DNA of 64,000 bases, from positions 128,001 through 192,000 of the forward strand of contig CAXWPL010000002.1 of the NCBI GenBank assembly GCA_963666215.2, in the 5' to 3' direction. Shown here piece after piece: positions 18,445 to 29,413 of the stretch (position 1 is its first letter; the number at the start of each line of letters is the position of its first letter). Below the pieces are notes generated by a model. That model was given only the letters and a program-made list of their open reading frames with translations. It searched no databases and was not told the DNA's origin. Both the position numbers and the translations under genes were made by a program. This DNA is from Acidobacteriota bacterium (lineage in GTDB: Bacteria > Acidobacteriota > UBA890 > WLXD01).

Positions 18445-19120
<676 letters not shown>

Positions 19121-19121
<1 letters not shown>

Positions 19122-20050
19122 TGGCGGCTCCCGAGCGCGCCTGGCGCCGCTACGCGCAGTTGTGCACCGAAGAGGCGGTTCGCGGGCTGTGGTTCAACCG
19201 TCGGACGGTACTCCCCGCGCTGGTCGTGATGACGACGTCGCTCATTGTGCTCGGCGCATTTCTCCTGGTCTCCGAGAATCTCGGCGCGGTCCTGGCACGC
19301 TGGCGCGAACGTGGCCAGATGCAGCTGTTCCTCGACGACGCGATCACCGAGCAGCAGCAGGACGCCATTGCCGCCGTGTTGGGCGAGAGCGAGGAGGTTG
19401 CCCTTCACAGGCTGATCACGTCGGCCGAGGCCGCTGAGCTGTTCCGCACCGACTTTCGCGAGCTCGGCGACGTTCTCGCGATGCTCGATGAGAATCCGCT
19501 GCCGTCGTCGTTCTCGGTGTCGATCGCGTCGCAGATGCGCAGCGAACGCCTGCTGCAGCAGCTCGCTGAGGAATGGGGTGCGCTCCCCGGTGTCGACGGC
19601 GTGCAGTACGACCTGCAGATCATTCGCCGGCTCGAGCTGGGCGTGCGCGCGGTGCGATTCGTGGCGTTGTTGCTCGGCGGCACGGTTCTGCTCGCCGCCG
19701 TCATCACGACCGCCAACGTCGTCCGCGTTCTGGTGGTGGCACGGGCTCGCGAGATTGACGTGATGCGGCTCGTGGGTGCTCCCGACGCGGTCGTCGTGGG
19801 TCGCTTCCTGTTCGAGGGGGCGTTGCAAGGCTTGGTTTCGGGCGTGCTCGCCGTGGGGCTGCTGTACGCGGCGTTCAGCATGGGCCTCTCGTACGTCGGT
19901 GGCGATGCCTTCGGGCTCCTCGCCTCGGTGCCGCTACGCTTCTTGCGCGCTACCTTGGTCGCCGGCCTGATCGGCGGCGGCCTGGCTACCGGGCTGCTCG
20001 GGTCATGCCTGGCGTTCGGCCCGGGCGGCGGGTTGCGCAGCGAGATCTAG
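19121..20050 (+). CDS. ftsX: Cell division permease FtsX
   Basis: ENPLP, REIDVMRLVGA, FLFEG; 4 TM segments. Confidence 0.9.
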
Positions 20051-20056
20051 CCGGCC

Positions 20057-22777
20057 GTGAGCAGATCAACAACCGCGGGTGCTGGCTCGCCGCCGACCGA
20101 CGCGAACCTCGATCGTGTGGTCGATCCGGCGACCGCAAGGGTTCTCGAGATCGATGCGCTACTCGACCTGCTGGCTGGCGGCGCGCAAACCGAGATGGGC
20201 GCGGGGCGGGTCGGCGGGCTGCAACCTTCAACCCAGATCGATGAGATCGAGGCGCGTCTCGACGCCGTTGAGGCAACGCGCGATTGGGCCGCCAAGAACG
20301 GCTACCTGTCGCTCTCGGCGGCGAGCCCGCTGGAGCCGATTCTGCGGCGGCTGCATACCGCCGGTATCGTGCTCCACTCCGAGGAGCTCCTCGCGGTTGG
20401 CCGCACCGCAGGCGTTGCACGAGAGCTCCGGCGGCGACTTGCGGACGCGGGCGCGTCGGCGCTCGGTCGACTCGCCCGCGCGACGCCCGATCTGTCGCAT
20501 CTCGTCGGCCACATCGATGGCTTGTTCGACCCCGACGGCGAGGTTTGCGACGACGCCTCCCCGGCGCTGGCGCGGGCCCGACGACGCGGCGGGCGGCTGC
20601 GCAGTGAGCTGCGCACGCGCATGGACAAGCTGGCGCACGACGATCGTCTTCGTGACGTCCTCAGCGAATCTCTGGTCACCGAGCGGGCCGGACGATATGT
20701 GCTGCCAGTCCGGTCGGGTCGGCGCGAGGCGGTGGAGGGCATCGTACACGACTCGTCGTCGTCGGGGCAGACGGTGTTCGTGGAGCCGCTCGAGCTGGTT
20801 GAACCGCAGAATCGGTTGGCGGAGGTGGTGCGCGATGAGGCCCGTGAGGTCCAGCGCTTGCTCGCCGAGGCAACCGCGCACGTGGCGGCCGCCGCTCCTG
20901 GGCTGGAGCAGGCAATCGAATGCATCACCGAGCTCGACGGGCTGCAGGCTCTGGCGCGCTACTCGAACCGCGCCGAGGCAGTGCGACCACGATTGATCGT
21001 GGCCGCCACAGCAGCCTCGGAGGCCCGTTCTGACGACCAGGCGGTGGTAGTCGAAGTCGACGGCCGTGTCGATGCCGATCCCGATAATGATGCCGATTCC
21101 AGGGTCGGGCTGCGCTTGCGCGGTGGCCGACATCCGTTGATGGAGACTGCGGATGCAGCGGATGGACTCGATGTTCCGAGCTTCGTCCCTCTTGATCTCG
21201 AGCTTTCGAGTCACCAGCGTGCCCTCGTGATCACCGGCCCCAACACCGGCGGCAAGACCGTCCTGCTCAAGTCGATCGGGCTACTGACTTTCATGGCGCA
21301 GTGCGGAGTTCCAGTGCCGGCCGTCGAGGCCTGGTTGCCCGTCGTGCCACGGCTGTACGCCGACATCGGCGACGAGCAGAGCATCTCGGCGAGCCTGTCG
21401 ACCTTCTCGGGGCACCTCGAGCGTATTACCAGCTTCCTGGCCGACTGCCCTGCCGGCAGCCTGGTGCTGCTCGACGAGCTCGGCACCGGAACCGATCCGG
21501 CCGAGGGTGCGGCGTTGGCGATTGCAGTGGCGGAGCGCTTTGTCGAGCTCGGCGCGCTCTTGATGCTCTCGACCCATCACGACGCGTTGAAGTCGTTTGC
21601 CCACTCGCACCCGAGCGCAGTCAACGCGGCCATGGAGTTCGACGCCGCCAGCCTGGCGCCGACCTACCGGGTTCGCGTCGGCCGGCCGGGGCGCAGCAGC
21701 GCGCTGCTCGTCGCCGCCGGACTCGGGTTGGATGCCGAGCTGGTGGCTCGGGCTCGAGGACTCCTGAGCGGCGACGCGGTGCAGCTCGATCGCGTCATCG
21801 AGCGTCTCGAAGAAGAGGCCGCCGAGGCCGAGGAGTCGCGGCGGCGTCAGGAGGAAGATCTCGACGCGCAGCGCGTCGAGCTCGAGAGCTCGCTGCAACG
21901 GCTGAGAGCGGCTGATGCCGAGCACAAGAAGCGGGCCACGGAGCTTCAAGCGCAGCTCAAGAACGCCATCCGCGATGTGGCCGAGTCGCTGCGTGAGCGC
22001 GGCGAGCAGAAGCTGGCCGAGCTCGGTGACGTTGCACCGGCGACGGGGCAGCGAACGCCGAGTGTGAGCAAGAGGACGGCCGACAACCGTCGCGCGCGCT
22101 GGCGTTCGGTCGTCGGGACGCTGGAGGCCGAGGCACACCAGAGTGCCCGAGAGCGATCTGGAGCTTCGAGCTCGAGCCTGGCGCCCGGCATCCACTCAGA
22201 GCTGGACGAAGAGGAACAGGCTGACGCGGTGGGCCCGTTGGCGCGTGGCCAGCGGGTGCATGTTGAGCCGTTCGGTATGCGTGGACGGGTCCTGCATGAG
22301 TGGACGCCGCGGGGTCGAAGCGCCGGTGAGACTGACGTCGAGATTGACGTCGGCGGGAAACGCATGCTGGCGCCACGCCAGCAGGTCAGGCCGCTCGGTG
22401 TTGCCACGGGCACAGGCGCCGGCGACGGCGGCGTCCAGACCCGAGCGTCGAAGCGCCGGGCCCGAGCACAGCGCGGAGCTTCGGTGGCTCGGGGCGGTGG
22501 CACCAGCTTCGAGCGGCGCGAGCGCTTCAGCGTTGCCACCGAGCTCAAGCTTGTGGGCCAGACCGTTGACGACGCGCTCGCGATGGCCGACAAGTACCTC
22601 GACGATGCGTTGCTCGCCGAGCTGACCGCTGTACGCTTGATCCACGGCTACGGCAGCTTCAAGCTCCGAGACGCGCTCCACGAGTGGCTGCGCGATCGCC
22701 CTGGCGTCTCGGGATTCGGCTCCGCCGGGCCCAGAGACGGTGGGGCCGGCGTCACGATTGTGAACCTCGGGAGCTGA
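20057..22777 (+). CDS. mutS2: MutS2 with Smr domain
   Basis: ITGPNTGGKT, IGDEQSI...LSTFSGH, DELGTGTDP, C-terminal IHGYG Smr motif. Confidence 0.93.
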   Translation: MSRSTTAGAGSPPTDANLDRVVDPATARVLEIDALLDLLAGGAQTEMGAGRVGGLQPSTQIDEIEARLDAVEATRDWAAKNGYLSLSAASPLEPILRRLHTAGIVLHSEELLAVGRTAGVARELRRRLADAGASALGRLARATPDLSHLVGHIDGLFDPDGEVCDDASPALARARRRGGRLRSELRTRMDKLAHDDRLRDVLSESLVTERAGRYVLPVRSGRREAVEGIVHDSSSSGQTVFVEPLELVEPQNRLAEVVRDEAREVQRLLAEATAHVAAAAPGLEQAIECITELDGLQALARYSNRAEAVRPRLIVAATAASEARSDDQAVVVEVDGRVDADPDNDADSRVGLRLRGGRHPLMETADAADGLDVPSFVPLDLELSSHQRALVITGPNTGGKTVLLKSIGLLTFMAQCGVPVPAVEAWLPVVPRLYADIGDEQSISASLSTFSGHLERITSFLADCPAGSLVLLDELGTGTDPAEGAALAIAVAERFVELGALLMLSTHHDALKSFAHSHPSAVNAAMEFDAASLAPTYRVRVGRPGRSSALLVAAGLGLDAELVARARGLLSGDAVQLDRVIERLEEEAAEAEESRRRQEEDLDAQRVELESSLQRLRAADAEHKKRATELQAQLKNAIRDVAESLRERGEQKLAELGDVAPATGQRTPSVSKRTADNRRARWRSVVGTLEAEAHQSARERSGASSSSLAPGIHSELDEEEQADAVGPLARGQRVHVEPFGMRGRVLHEWTPRGRSAGETDVEIDVGGKRMLAPRQQVRPLGVATGTGAGDGGVQTRASKRRARAQRGASVARGGGTSFERRERFSVATELKLVGQTVDDALAMADKYLDDALLAELTAVRLIHGYGSFKLRDALHEWLRDRPGVSGFGSAGPRDGGAGVTIVNLGS

Positions 22778-22783
22778 TCGCCA

Positions 22784-24691
22784 GTGAGCTGGCCGCGGGA
22801 CTTCATCGACGAGGTACGAAGCAGCGCCGATGCGGTGCAGCTGATCGGCGAGGTGGTGGGCCTGGCGCGCCGCGGCACACGCTTCCTGGGCCTGTGTCCG
22901 TTTCACACCGAGAAGACGCCCTCGTTCGGAGTCAACGACGAGGGCCTGTGGTACTGCTTCGGATGCCAGGAGGGGGGTGACCTCTTCAAGTTCGTCATGC
23001 AGTACGAGGGTGTTGGCTTCAACGACGCCGTCCGCAGTGTTGCCGAGCGCGCGGGGGTGTCGGTTCCGGCGCAGGAGCAGCGCTCGGCTCGGCGCTCCGG
23101 CCAGGATCAGCCGCAGGTTGGACGCGACCGCATCGCGGCTGCGGTCGCGGCGGCGCAGGCTTTCTATCGCGAGCAGCTCGCTGCGTCTTCGGGGCAGGCG
23201 GCCCGCGAGTATTTAGCCGGGCGTGGTCTCGGGCCGGAGGTTATCGAGTCCTTCGGCTTGGGATTCGCCCCGCCCGGGTGGGACGTATTGAGTGGCCGCC
23301 TGGCGCGGCAGGGGTTCAGGCCCGAGGAGCTGGTTGCCGCCGGCCTCGCGAAACACCGCGATGCTGGACGCAGCAGAGATCGCGACGCCGGCAGCGTGTA
23401 CGACCTGCTGCGCGATCGGGTCTCGTTCCCGATTCGCGACATTCGCCGGCGTCCGATTGCGTTCGGCGGCCGCATTTTCGGCCCCGCCGCCAACGACGAT
23501 CAGCCCAAGTACATCAATTCACCGGAGACCGAGCTCTTCAACAAGAGCCGCACACTGTACGGCCTTGGCGAGGCTCGGGCCGCGATCAAGGCGGTCTCTT
23601 TTACTCTGCTCGTCGAGGGGTATCTCGACGTCCTGGCCTGTGTGCAGCATGGATACGGCAACGTGGTCGCTCCCATGGGCACCGCCTTCGGGGCCGAGCA
23701 CGCGCGCCTGCTGTCGCGTCATGCCACCAAGGTCGTGGTTGCCTTCGACGGCGACAGTGCCGGTCAGGCCGCGGCCGAGCGTACGGTGGGTGTGTTCCTC
23801 GGATCCGGCTTCCAGGTCAACGTGCTGCCGCTGCCGGCGGGGCAGGATCCCGATTCCTTCCTGGCGGACAAAGGTGCCGAAGGCCTGGCCACGGCCCTGC
23901 GCTCGGCACTGCCGGCGCTGGCCTTCTTGCTCAGTCGTGCCGGCGAGCGGGCCGATCTACGCTCGCCACAGGGCAAGGCACAGGCACTGCAGTCGCTGCT
24001 CGGTTTCGTCCTGCACATCGAAGACCGTGTTGAGCGCGCCGGATGGATCGGTCGCATCTCCCACGAGCTCGACGTCCAAGAACCGCTGGTGTTGCAGGCT
24101 CTCGACGAGCTCAACGCCCGCCAGCGAGGAAGCCAAAGAGGTCAACTGCAGGGCCGTGGTGCCAGCGACGGTCACGGCCGGAGCCTGGCCGCAGCGGCTG
24201 GCGACCTGAATGTCACGCAACGCCTGGAGGAGGTTTCGCACGCCGAGCGCGAGCTTCTTCGGGGCACGCTGCATCACCCGGAGTGGCATCAACGTCTGGT
24301 CCAGATCTGCGGTGTCGATGTGCGCGACCCACGTGTCGCCGGCCTTCTGCAGGCGATCTCGGTGGCCTACGCTCAGGACTCTTCGCAGAGGTCGACGAGA
24401 AAGGCCGACTCCATTTCAGGCCACGGGTTAACCGGCGAACAGATCTTGGCGCACTGCGACGTGGACGGGGCCGCTGCCTTGTTATCCCGCCTGCTGCTCG
24501 ATCAGGAGCCGATTCCCGACTGGGACGGGGCCCGCGGCGCGGCGGAGGCGGTTCGGCGCGGCGCCCTCGAACGACAGCTGCGCGAGCTTCAGCAGCAGGT
24601 CAACCTCGCCGTCCGGGGGGGGGATCGCCAGTTGGCGGACGAGCTTACCGCCAGGAAGCTTCAGATTGTCCACGAGCTCCGCGGGCTCTGA
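22784..24691 (+). CDS. dnaG: DNA primase
   Basis: CPFHTEKTPSF, CFGC, PKYINSPET, VEGYLD, FDGDSAG. Confidence 0.95.
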   Translation: MSWPRDFIDEVRSSADAVQLIGEVVGLARRGTRFLGLCPFHTEKTPSFGVNDEGLWYCFGCQEGGDLFKFVMQYEGVGFNDAVRSVAERAGVSVPAQEQRSARRSGQDQPQVGRDRIAAAVAAAQAFYREQLAASSGQAAREYLAGRGLGPEVIESFGLGFAPPGWDVLSGRLARQGFRPEELVAAGLAKHRDAGRSRDRDAGSVYDLLRDRVSFPIRDIRRRPIAFGGRIFGPAANDDQPKYINSPETELFNKSRTLYGLGEARAAIKAVSFTLLVEGYLDVLACVQHGYGNVVAPMGTAFGAEHARLLSRHATKVVVAFDGDSAGQAAAERTVGVFLGSGFQVNVLPLPAGQDPDSFLADKGAEGLATALRSALPALAFLLSRAGERADLRSPQGKAQALQSLLGFVLHIEDRVERAGWIGRISHELDVQEPLVLQALDELNARQRGSQRGQLQGRGASDGHGRSLAAAAGDLNVTQRLEEVSHAERELLRGTLHHPEWHQRLVQICGVDVRDPRVAGLLQAISVAYAQDSSQRSTRKADSISGHGLTGEQILAHCDVDGAAALLSRLLLDQEPIPDWDGARGAAEAVRRGALERQLRELQQQVNLAVRGGDRQLADELTARKLQIVHELRGL

Positions 24692-24909
24692 ACGTGACGC
24701 TGGCTGATGACTCATCGTGTTCGATCGCGACAGCGCTGCGAAAGGGTCGGCTGCTAGGGGTGGCCGCCGCAACCGTCGCACTCGATCCTGCGTACGTGCA
24801 GCTGTCCGGCGCGCGCGCGCGTCAGTTCGCCGGAGCGCATTACAATCACTCGGGGAGCTGCCGAGTCGGTTCACCGCTCCGGCATCGTGATTCTGGCGCG
24901 AGCCTGGGT

Positions 24910-24986
24910 GGGCCCTTAGCTCAGTTGGTCAGAGCCGCCGGCTCATAACCGGTAGGTCGCAGGTTCGAATCCTGCAGGGCCCACCA
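24910..24986 (+). tRNA. tRNA with CAT anticodon, most likely tRNA-Ile2 (lysidine)
   Basis: GGGCCCTTAGCTCAGTTGGTCAGAGCCGCCGGCTCATAACCGG...GGGCCCACCA; paired 1-72 and no triple G-C anticodon stem, so not an initiator; resembles ileX-type genes. Confidence 0.9.
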
Positions 24987-25009
24987 TATTCAGCCGCGAT
25001 TGGCCGCAG

Positions 25010-25039
25010 ATGACAGGCGTGGTCCCGAGCGGCTAAGAT
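25010..25039 (+). promoter_or_regulatory. Sigma70-like promoter ATGACA-N18-TAAGAT
   Basis: Near-consensus boxes just downstream of the tRNA. Confidence 0.5.
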
Positions 25040-25216
25040 GTCGCGTCCGGGCGGCAGCACGATCGCCCGATCGTATGGAAGCGGGTGGAACCGGATGCGA
25101 GACGACGGAACGGCCAGGTTGGCACATCGAGGAACGACGGCCGACGCGTGGCGGCACGCGGTCAGAGCGCATCTAATTGTCACCGGGGGCAGCTCCGCCC
25201 CTCGGGGGCGGCGAGC

Positions 25217-25244
25217 GGGTGGGCCTACGCCCGCCCTTTTTCTT
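25217..25244 (+). terminator. Intrinsic terminator
   Basis: GGGTGGGC-ctac-GCCCGCCC followed by TTTTTCTT. Confidence 0.75.
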
Positions 25245-25303
25245 GTGCTCAGAGGCATTGGGTCAAGGCGTAGCGCTCTCGAGTGGCGAGCAAGGAAGTC
25301 AAT

Positions 25304-26056
25304 GTGAACGTAAGCGACCAGCTGCGGGTATTGATCGAGTTGCAGCGTAAGGAGCTGGATGCGGCTCGGGTCGACGCTGAGCGGGCGACGTTGCCGGCGC
25401 AGAAGGAAGCATTGCAGGCGAATGTTGCGGTGGTGAAGGCGGAGATTGCGGTGGCCGAGGCACGGCTCGAAGAGTCTGCCGCCGACCGCAAGCTGCTCGA
25501 GCGTCAGGTCGAAGATCAGGAGGCCAAGGCCGAGAAGTATCGCGAGCAGGAGCTCCTGGTCAGGACGAACGAGCAGCTCTGGGCGCTGCAGAAGGAAATC
25601 CAGCAGGCGCGCGACGCCATATCGGGGTTCGAGGAGAAGATCCTCGAGCACATGGAGGGTTCCGAGGCGCTCAACACCGAGCTCGCTTCTCGGCGGCAAC
25701 GGCTTGCCGAGGTCGAGACGCTGGTCGCCTCGCAGGTGCGTGAGATCGACGCCCGCGCCGCGGCGCTCGCCCAAGAGCGCGAACAGCTGAGCGCGGAAAT
25801 CGGCGATGCCGAGCGCCAAGCCGATCACGATCTGCTGCGGCTCTACGGGCGCGTCAAGAACATTCGCCGCGGGGTTGGCGTGGCCGAGGCTCTCGAGGAA
25901 ACGTGCTTGGGCTGCAACACACGAATCCGGCCGCAGCTGTACGTGGATGTCATGAACATGGAGCGCATCGTGCAGTGCGACTCGTGCAAGCGCTTGCTGT
26001 TCTCGCGCAAGGCGCTCCAGCTGCCCTCCTCTGTGGAGATCGAGCAGCCTGCCTGA
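25304..26056 (+). CDS. C4-type zinc-ribbon coiled-coil protein (COG1579-like)
   Basis: Long coiled coil followed by CLGC...CDSCKRLL; GTG 25304 preceded by AAGGA. Confidence 0.88.
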   Translation: MNVSDQLRVLIELQRKELDAARVDAERATLPAQKEALQANVAVVKAEIAVAEARLEESAADRKLLERQVEDQEAKAEKYREQELLVRTNEQLWALQKEIQQARDAISGFEEKILEHMEGSEALNTELASRRQRLAEVETLVASQVREIDARAAALAQEREQLSAEIGDAERQADHDLLRLYGRVKNIRRGVGVAEALEETCLGCNTRIRPQLYVDVMNMERIVQCDSCKRLLFSRKALQLPSSVEIEQPA

Positions 26057-26057
26057 C

Positions 26058-26480
26058 ATGGAAGGCCCGTTGATCGCGTACGTCGACGGGGCCTCTCGTG
26101 GCAATCCCGGAGCCGCCGCGTTCGGTGTCTGCGTTTGCGCCCCCGACGGCAGCGAGGTGGCCTGTTTCGGTGGCTCCTTGGGGCGCCAGACCAACAACTA
26201 CGCCGAGTACCGCGCTCTGATCGCGGCTCTGCGCTGGGCGTCCGAGCAGCGGGTGACGGAGTTCGAGGTGCGCTCTGATTCGCAGTTGATGGTGCGGCAG
26301 ATGGAAGGGCGTTACCGAGTCAAGTCTCCCGGGCTCAAGCCGCTACATGCCGAGGCGAGGGCCCTGGTGTCGTCCTTCGAGAGATTCCGCATCGTGCACC
26401 TGCGCCGGGAGAACAACGCCGAGGCCGACTCGATTGCCAACCGCGTGCTCGATGGCGATCCGGACCTGGAGCTGCGCTAG
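26058..26480 (+). CDS. rnhA: Ribonuclease HI
   Basis: DGASRGNPG, TNNYAEY, SDSQL, RENNAEAD. Confidence 0.93.
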   Translation: MEGPLIAYVDGASRGNPGAAAFGVCVCAPDGSEVACFGGSLGRQTNNYAEYRALIAALRWASEQRVTEFEVRSDSQLMVRQMEGRYRVKSPGLKPLHAEARALVSSFERFRIVHLRRENNAEADSIANRVLDGDPDLELR

Positions 26481-26540
26481 CTGGCCGATGCGGCCAGCTA
26501 GCGGAGTTGTCGCCGTTTCACCAACCGGCGAGAGCTCGGC

Positions 26541-27422
26541 CTAGCCTGCTAGGCGTACGATGCCCGCGAGCATACGACCCGCGGCGTCGCCGTCGCGGCG
26601 GTACGAATGGAAGCGACCGGGCTCGCAGTGCGTGCAGGCCTCGAAAACATCTATGTTGCTGGAGCTGAGGCCGGCCGTCACCAGCTGGTGGTGGGCCGCG
26701 GCGCCGAGATCGCAAAGGTAACTCGGTCGCGTCGGCTTCCTGGCCCCCTCGACAAGATCGGCAGGATGCATACGATCGGACGCCGAGGGTCCACGGGCAG
26801 AATCAGCCAGCTCCGCCGACAGTCCATCGGGCTCGGGCTGCAGCAGCTCGGCGCTGAAGACGGTCTTGGGCAGGCCTGCCGCCAGGAAGCCCTGGCGTAC
26901 TTCCGGGCCGACGCGATAGCAGCAGGTGCCGGCTCGCGGGCCAACAGCTGCCACGAGGCTCGAGGGGTCGGTACCACTGACGTCGCACAGGCTCGCCACG
27001 GTCGCCCGCAAGACTCCCGCTGCGATGCCACGCCAGCCAGCGTGCGCCGCCGCCACCGAGCTGCCGTTGTCGACGGAAAGCAGTACGGGCACGCAGTCGG
27101 CCGTGGCGATAGCGATGGGTGTCTTGGCGCGGGCGGTGACAAGTGCATCGCCCTGCGGCCAGGAGTCGCGAGTCGGCGCGTGGTGTGGTGCCAAAACCCT
27201 GTCGGCCGCGTCGGCGTCAATCAGGATGACGCCACGCTCGTGGACCTGGCGCACTCGAGCTACGGGCGCTGGCAGTTGTGATTCGAGGCGCGAGCCGCGG
27301 GTCTCGAAGGCGTGGTCGATCGCTCGGATCTGCCTGAGCAGCGAGCTTTGCAGCAGCTCCGAGCGGTCGGCGCTCGCGGGCGACTCCATCGAGGTCTCGG
27401 AGGTGTCAGGCGGTTGACTCAC
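26541..27422 (-). CDS. pgeF: PgeF/YfiH family protein
   Basis: QVH, TADCVPVLL, HAGWRG, CT...SYRR. Confidence 0.88.
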   Translation of the reverse strand: MSQPPDTSETSMESPASADRSELLQSSLLRQIRAIDHAFETRGSRLESQLPAPVARVRQVHERGVILIDADAADRVLAPHHAPTRDSWPQGDALVTARAKTPIAIATADCVPVLLSVDNGSSVAAAHAGWRGIAAGVLRATVASLCDVSGTDPSSLVAAVGPRAGTCCYRVGPEVRQGFLAAGLPKTVFSAELLQPEPDGLSAELADSARGPSASDRMHPADLVEGARKPTRPSYLCDLGAAAHHQLVTAGLSSSNIDVFEACTHCEPGRFHSYRRDGDAAGRMLAGIVRLAG

Positions 27423-29413
27423 GTCGCGCTGCGGTCGGGTTCGCGGCGGCCGGCGTCGGAGCCGCCGGCGAGCTGGGCGGCGCTGGAAGCGGTCGGGTTG
27501 CGGAGGAGGCCGGCTGGCACTTCAACTTCACGACTCTCGCCGGCGCTGTCTTCACGTTGGGCGATGGCGCTGGCGCGCATCCACTGATTTGTCAGCGCGG
27601 CGTCGCTCGGCCCCGTTCGCAGATGCCCCCACGGCAGCGGCGCCACGGGCGAAAGGGCGCGCAGGTGGGCCTCCAGGCCAAGGCCTCCAGCGGCTTTCCA
27701 GTCGCGCATGGCGGCGCGGAAGCTACCGCCGCGATGCCACGTCTCCAGGAGATCGGCGGTGCGGCGGTCGCCACGCGAAAGCACCGCTTGCATCTCGGCA
27801 TCACGTGGTCGCATGGCGTCGATGATGACATTCGGGAGACCGCCGAGAGCTCTGCGGAGCCAACGCAGCTTCGCGCGGTACTCCCGCGCCGGGATCTGTG
27901 GGGCCCACTGCATGGGGGTGCTCGGCTTCGGTATGAGGCAGTTGATCGACAGTGTGATGGTGCCAATGCGGCCGCGAGATCGGCACTCGTCGAGCATGAT
28001 CGTGCGCATGTCGCGCGCCAGGTCGACAATCGCCTGCAGGTCGGCTTTTCTCTCGCCCGGCAAGCCAATGATGATGTAGTTCTTCAGGTTGACTGCCCCG
28101 GCGCGGAAGATCATCCGCACTTTCTCGAGAATCTCGTCATTGGTGATCTTCTTCATGATCAGCTCGCGCATCCGGTCGCTGCCGGTTTCGGGCGCAATCG
28201 TGATGGTCCGCTGGCCCGACTCGATCACGGCGTTGAGCAACGTCTCGCGCAGCGTCGAGATGATCAGGCTCGGACTGAAGACGCCGAAGCCCATGCGTCG
28301 TAGTCCGGCCGCGATGGCTTCGATGTCGGGGTGATCCAGAAGTGCCGTCGCCACCAGTCCGATACGGCTGGTGTGCTCGCGCCAGCGGTCGGCAACCGCC
28401 AGCACGTCGTCGACCGGATGGACGCGGAAGGGGAGGACGTTGTAGCCCACCCAGCAGTACCGGCAGCCCTTGGTGCAGCCACGTGCCACCTCGATGGTGG
28501 CCCGATCGCCGAACTCGGTGTGTGGCGTGAGGATCGAGGTGGCGGCGATGTGGTCGGGTCCGTGTGCTCCACCGAAGCGCGTGCGCACCTTGGTCACCGT
28601 TGGAGGCGCCCCGGGGCTATACAGCGGATCCGGCTCGAGGGCGGCAAATCTCTGAGTCCCTCGCTCCTGTTTATCGTCGTCGATCGCGGCGTGAGCTCCA
28701 CCCTGCACCGAAGTCCGGCGCTGTTCGGAGCCGGCTCTCTCAGATGAATAGCGAGCCCTGTAGAACTTCGGCACGTAGAAGCCCGGCTCCTGCGCCAGCT
28801 GCTCGAGCATCGCGTCGCGCGAGCACGCCGTTAGCGCCGCGTCGATAAGCGGGCCTGCCAGCTTTTCGCCTTCTCCGAGGCAGAAAATGTCGACGAATGC
28901 GGCGACGGGCTCCGGGTTGATCGAAACCGTGGCTCCGCCCATCACCACCAGTGGGTGCGTGGCGTCGCGGCTGGCGGCGCGCAAGGGAAGGCGGGCCAGA
29001 TCGAGAAGGCGGAGGAGATTGGGGTAGTCGTTCTCGAAGGAGGCCGAGATCGCCAGCAGGTCGGCATCGGCGATCGGGCGGCCGCTCTCGAGCGATGTCA
29101 GCGGCGAAGACCTGCTGTCGGCCCCACCGCGCCCGTGCCCGGATCCACGGCGCTCCCCGGGCTCCGGCGATGGCAGGAAGGCTCGCTCGCAGCACACTTC
29201 GGGGTGCAGGTTGAACAAGCGATACAGCGTATGCACGCCCAGGTTGCTCATCGCCACGGCGTAGGTGTTGGGGTAGGCCAACACCAGCCGCATGCGAGCG
29301 TCGAGGTTCGGCGAAACGAGCCGAATCTCGTCGTTGAGGCGGGGATCGCTGAATCGCACTAGTTTCCGGCGGCGGACGCGAGAACGCCGTGGCGGAAGTG
29401 TGGCCTGCCGCAC
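27419..29413 (-). CDS. Radical SAM protein (TIGR03960/COG1032-like); start may be GTG 29359
   Basis: YPNTYAVAMSNLG, EVARGCTKGCRYC, APETGS. Confidence 0.85.
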   Translation of the reverse strand: MRQATLPPRRSRVRRRKLVRFSDPRLNDEIRLVSPNLDARMRLVLAYPNTYAVAMSNLGVHTLYRLFNLHPEVCCERAFLPSPEPGERRGSGHGRGGADSRSSPLTSLESGRPIADADLLAISASFENDYPNLLRLLDLARLPLRAASRDATHPLVVMGGATVSINPEPVAAFVDIFCLGEGEKLAGPLIDAALTACSRDAMLEQLAQEPGFYVPKFYRARYSSERAGSEQRRTSVQGGAHAAIDDDKQERGTQRFAALEPDPLYSPGAPPTVTKVRTRFGGAHGPDHIAATSILTPHTEFGDRATIEVARGCTKGCRYCWVGYNVLPFRVHPVDDVLAVADRWREHTSRIGLVATALLDHPDIEAIAAGLRRMGFGVFSPSLIISTLRETLLNAVIESGQRTITIAPETGSDRMRELIMKKITNDEILEKVRMIFRAGAVNLKNYIIIGLPGERKADLQAIVDLARDMRTIMLDECRSRGRIGTITLSINCLIPKPSTPMQWAPQIPAREYRAKLRWLRRALGGLPNVIIDAMRPRDAEMQAVLSRGDRRTADLLETWHRGGSFRAAMRDWKAAGGLGLEAHLRALSPVAPLPWGHLRTGPSDAALTNQWMRASAIAQREDSAGESREVEVPAGLLRNPTASSAAQLAGGSDAGRREPDRSAT

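Noticed and set aside
24615-24623. G9 tract as a phase-variation site
   Set aside because: In frame near the end of essential dnaG; such runs are expected at this GC content.
24910-24986. Initiator tRNA-fMet
   Set aside because: Lacks the C1:A72 mismatch and the GGG/CCC anticodon stem.
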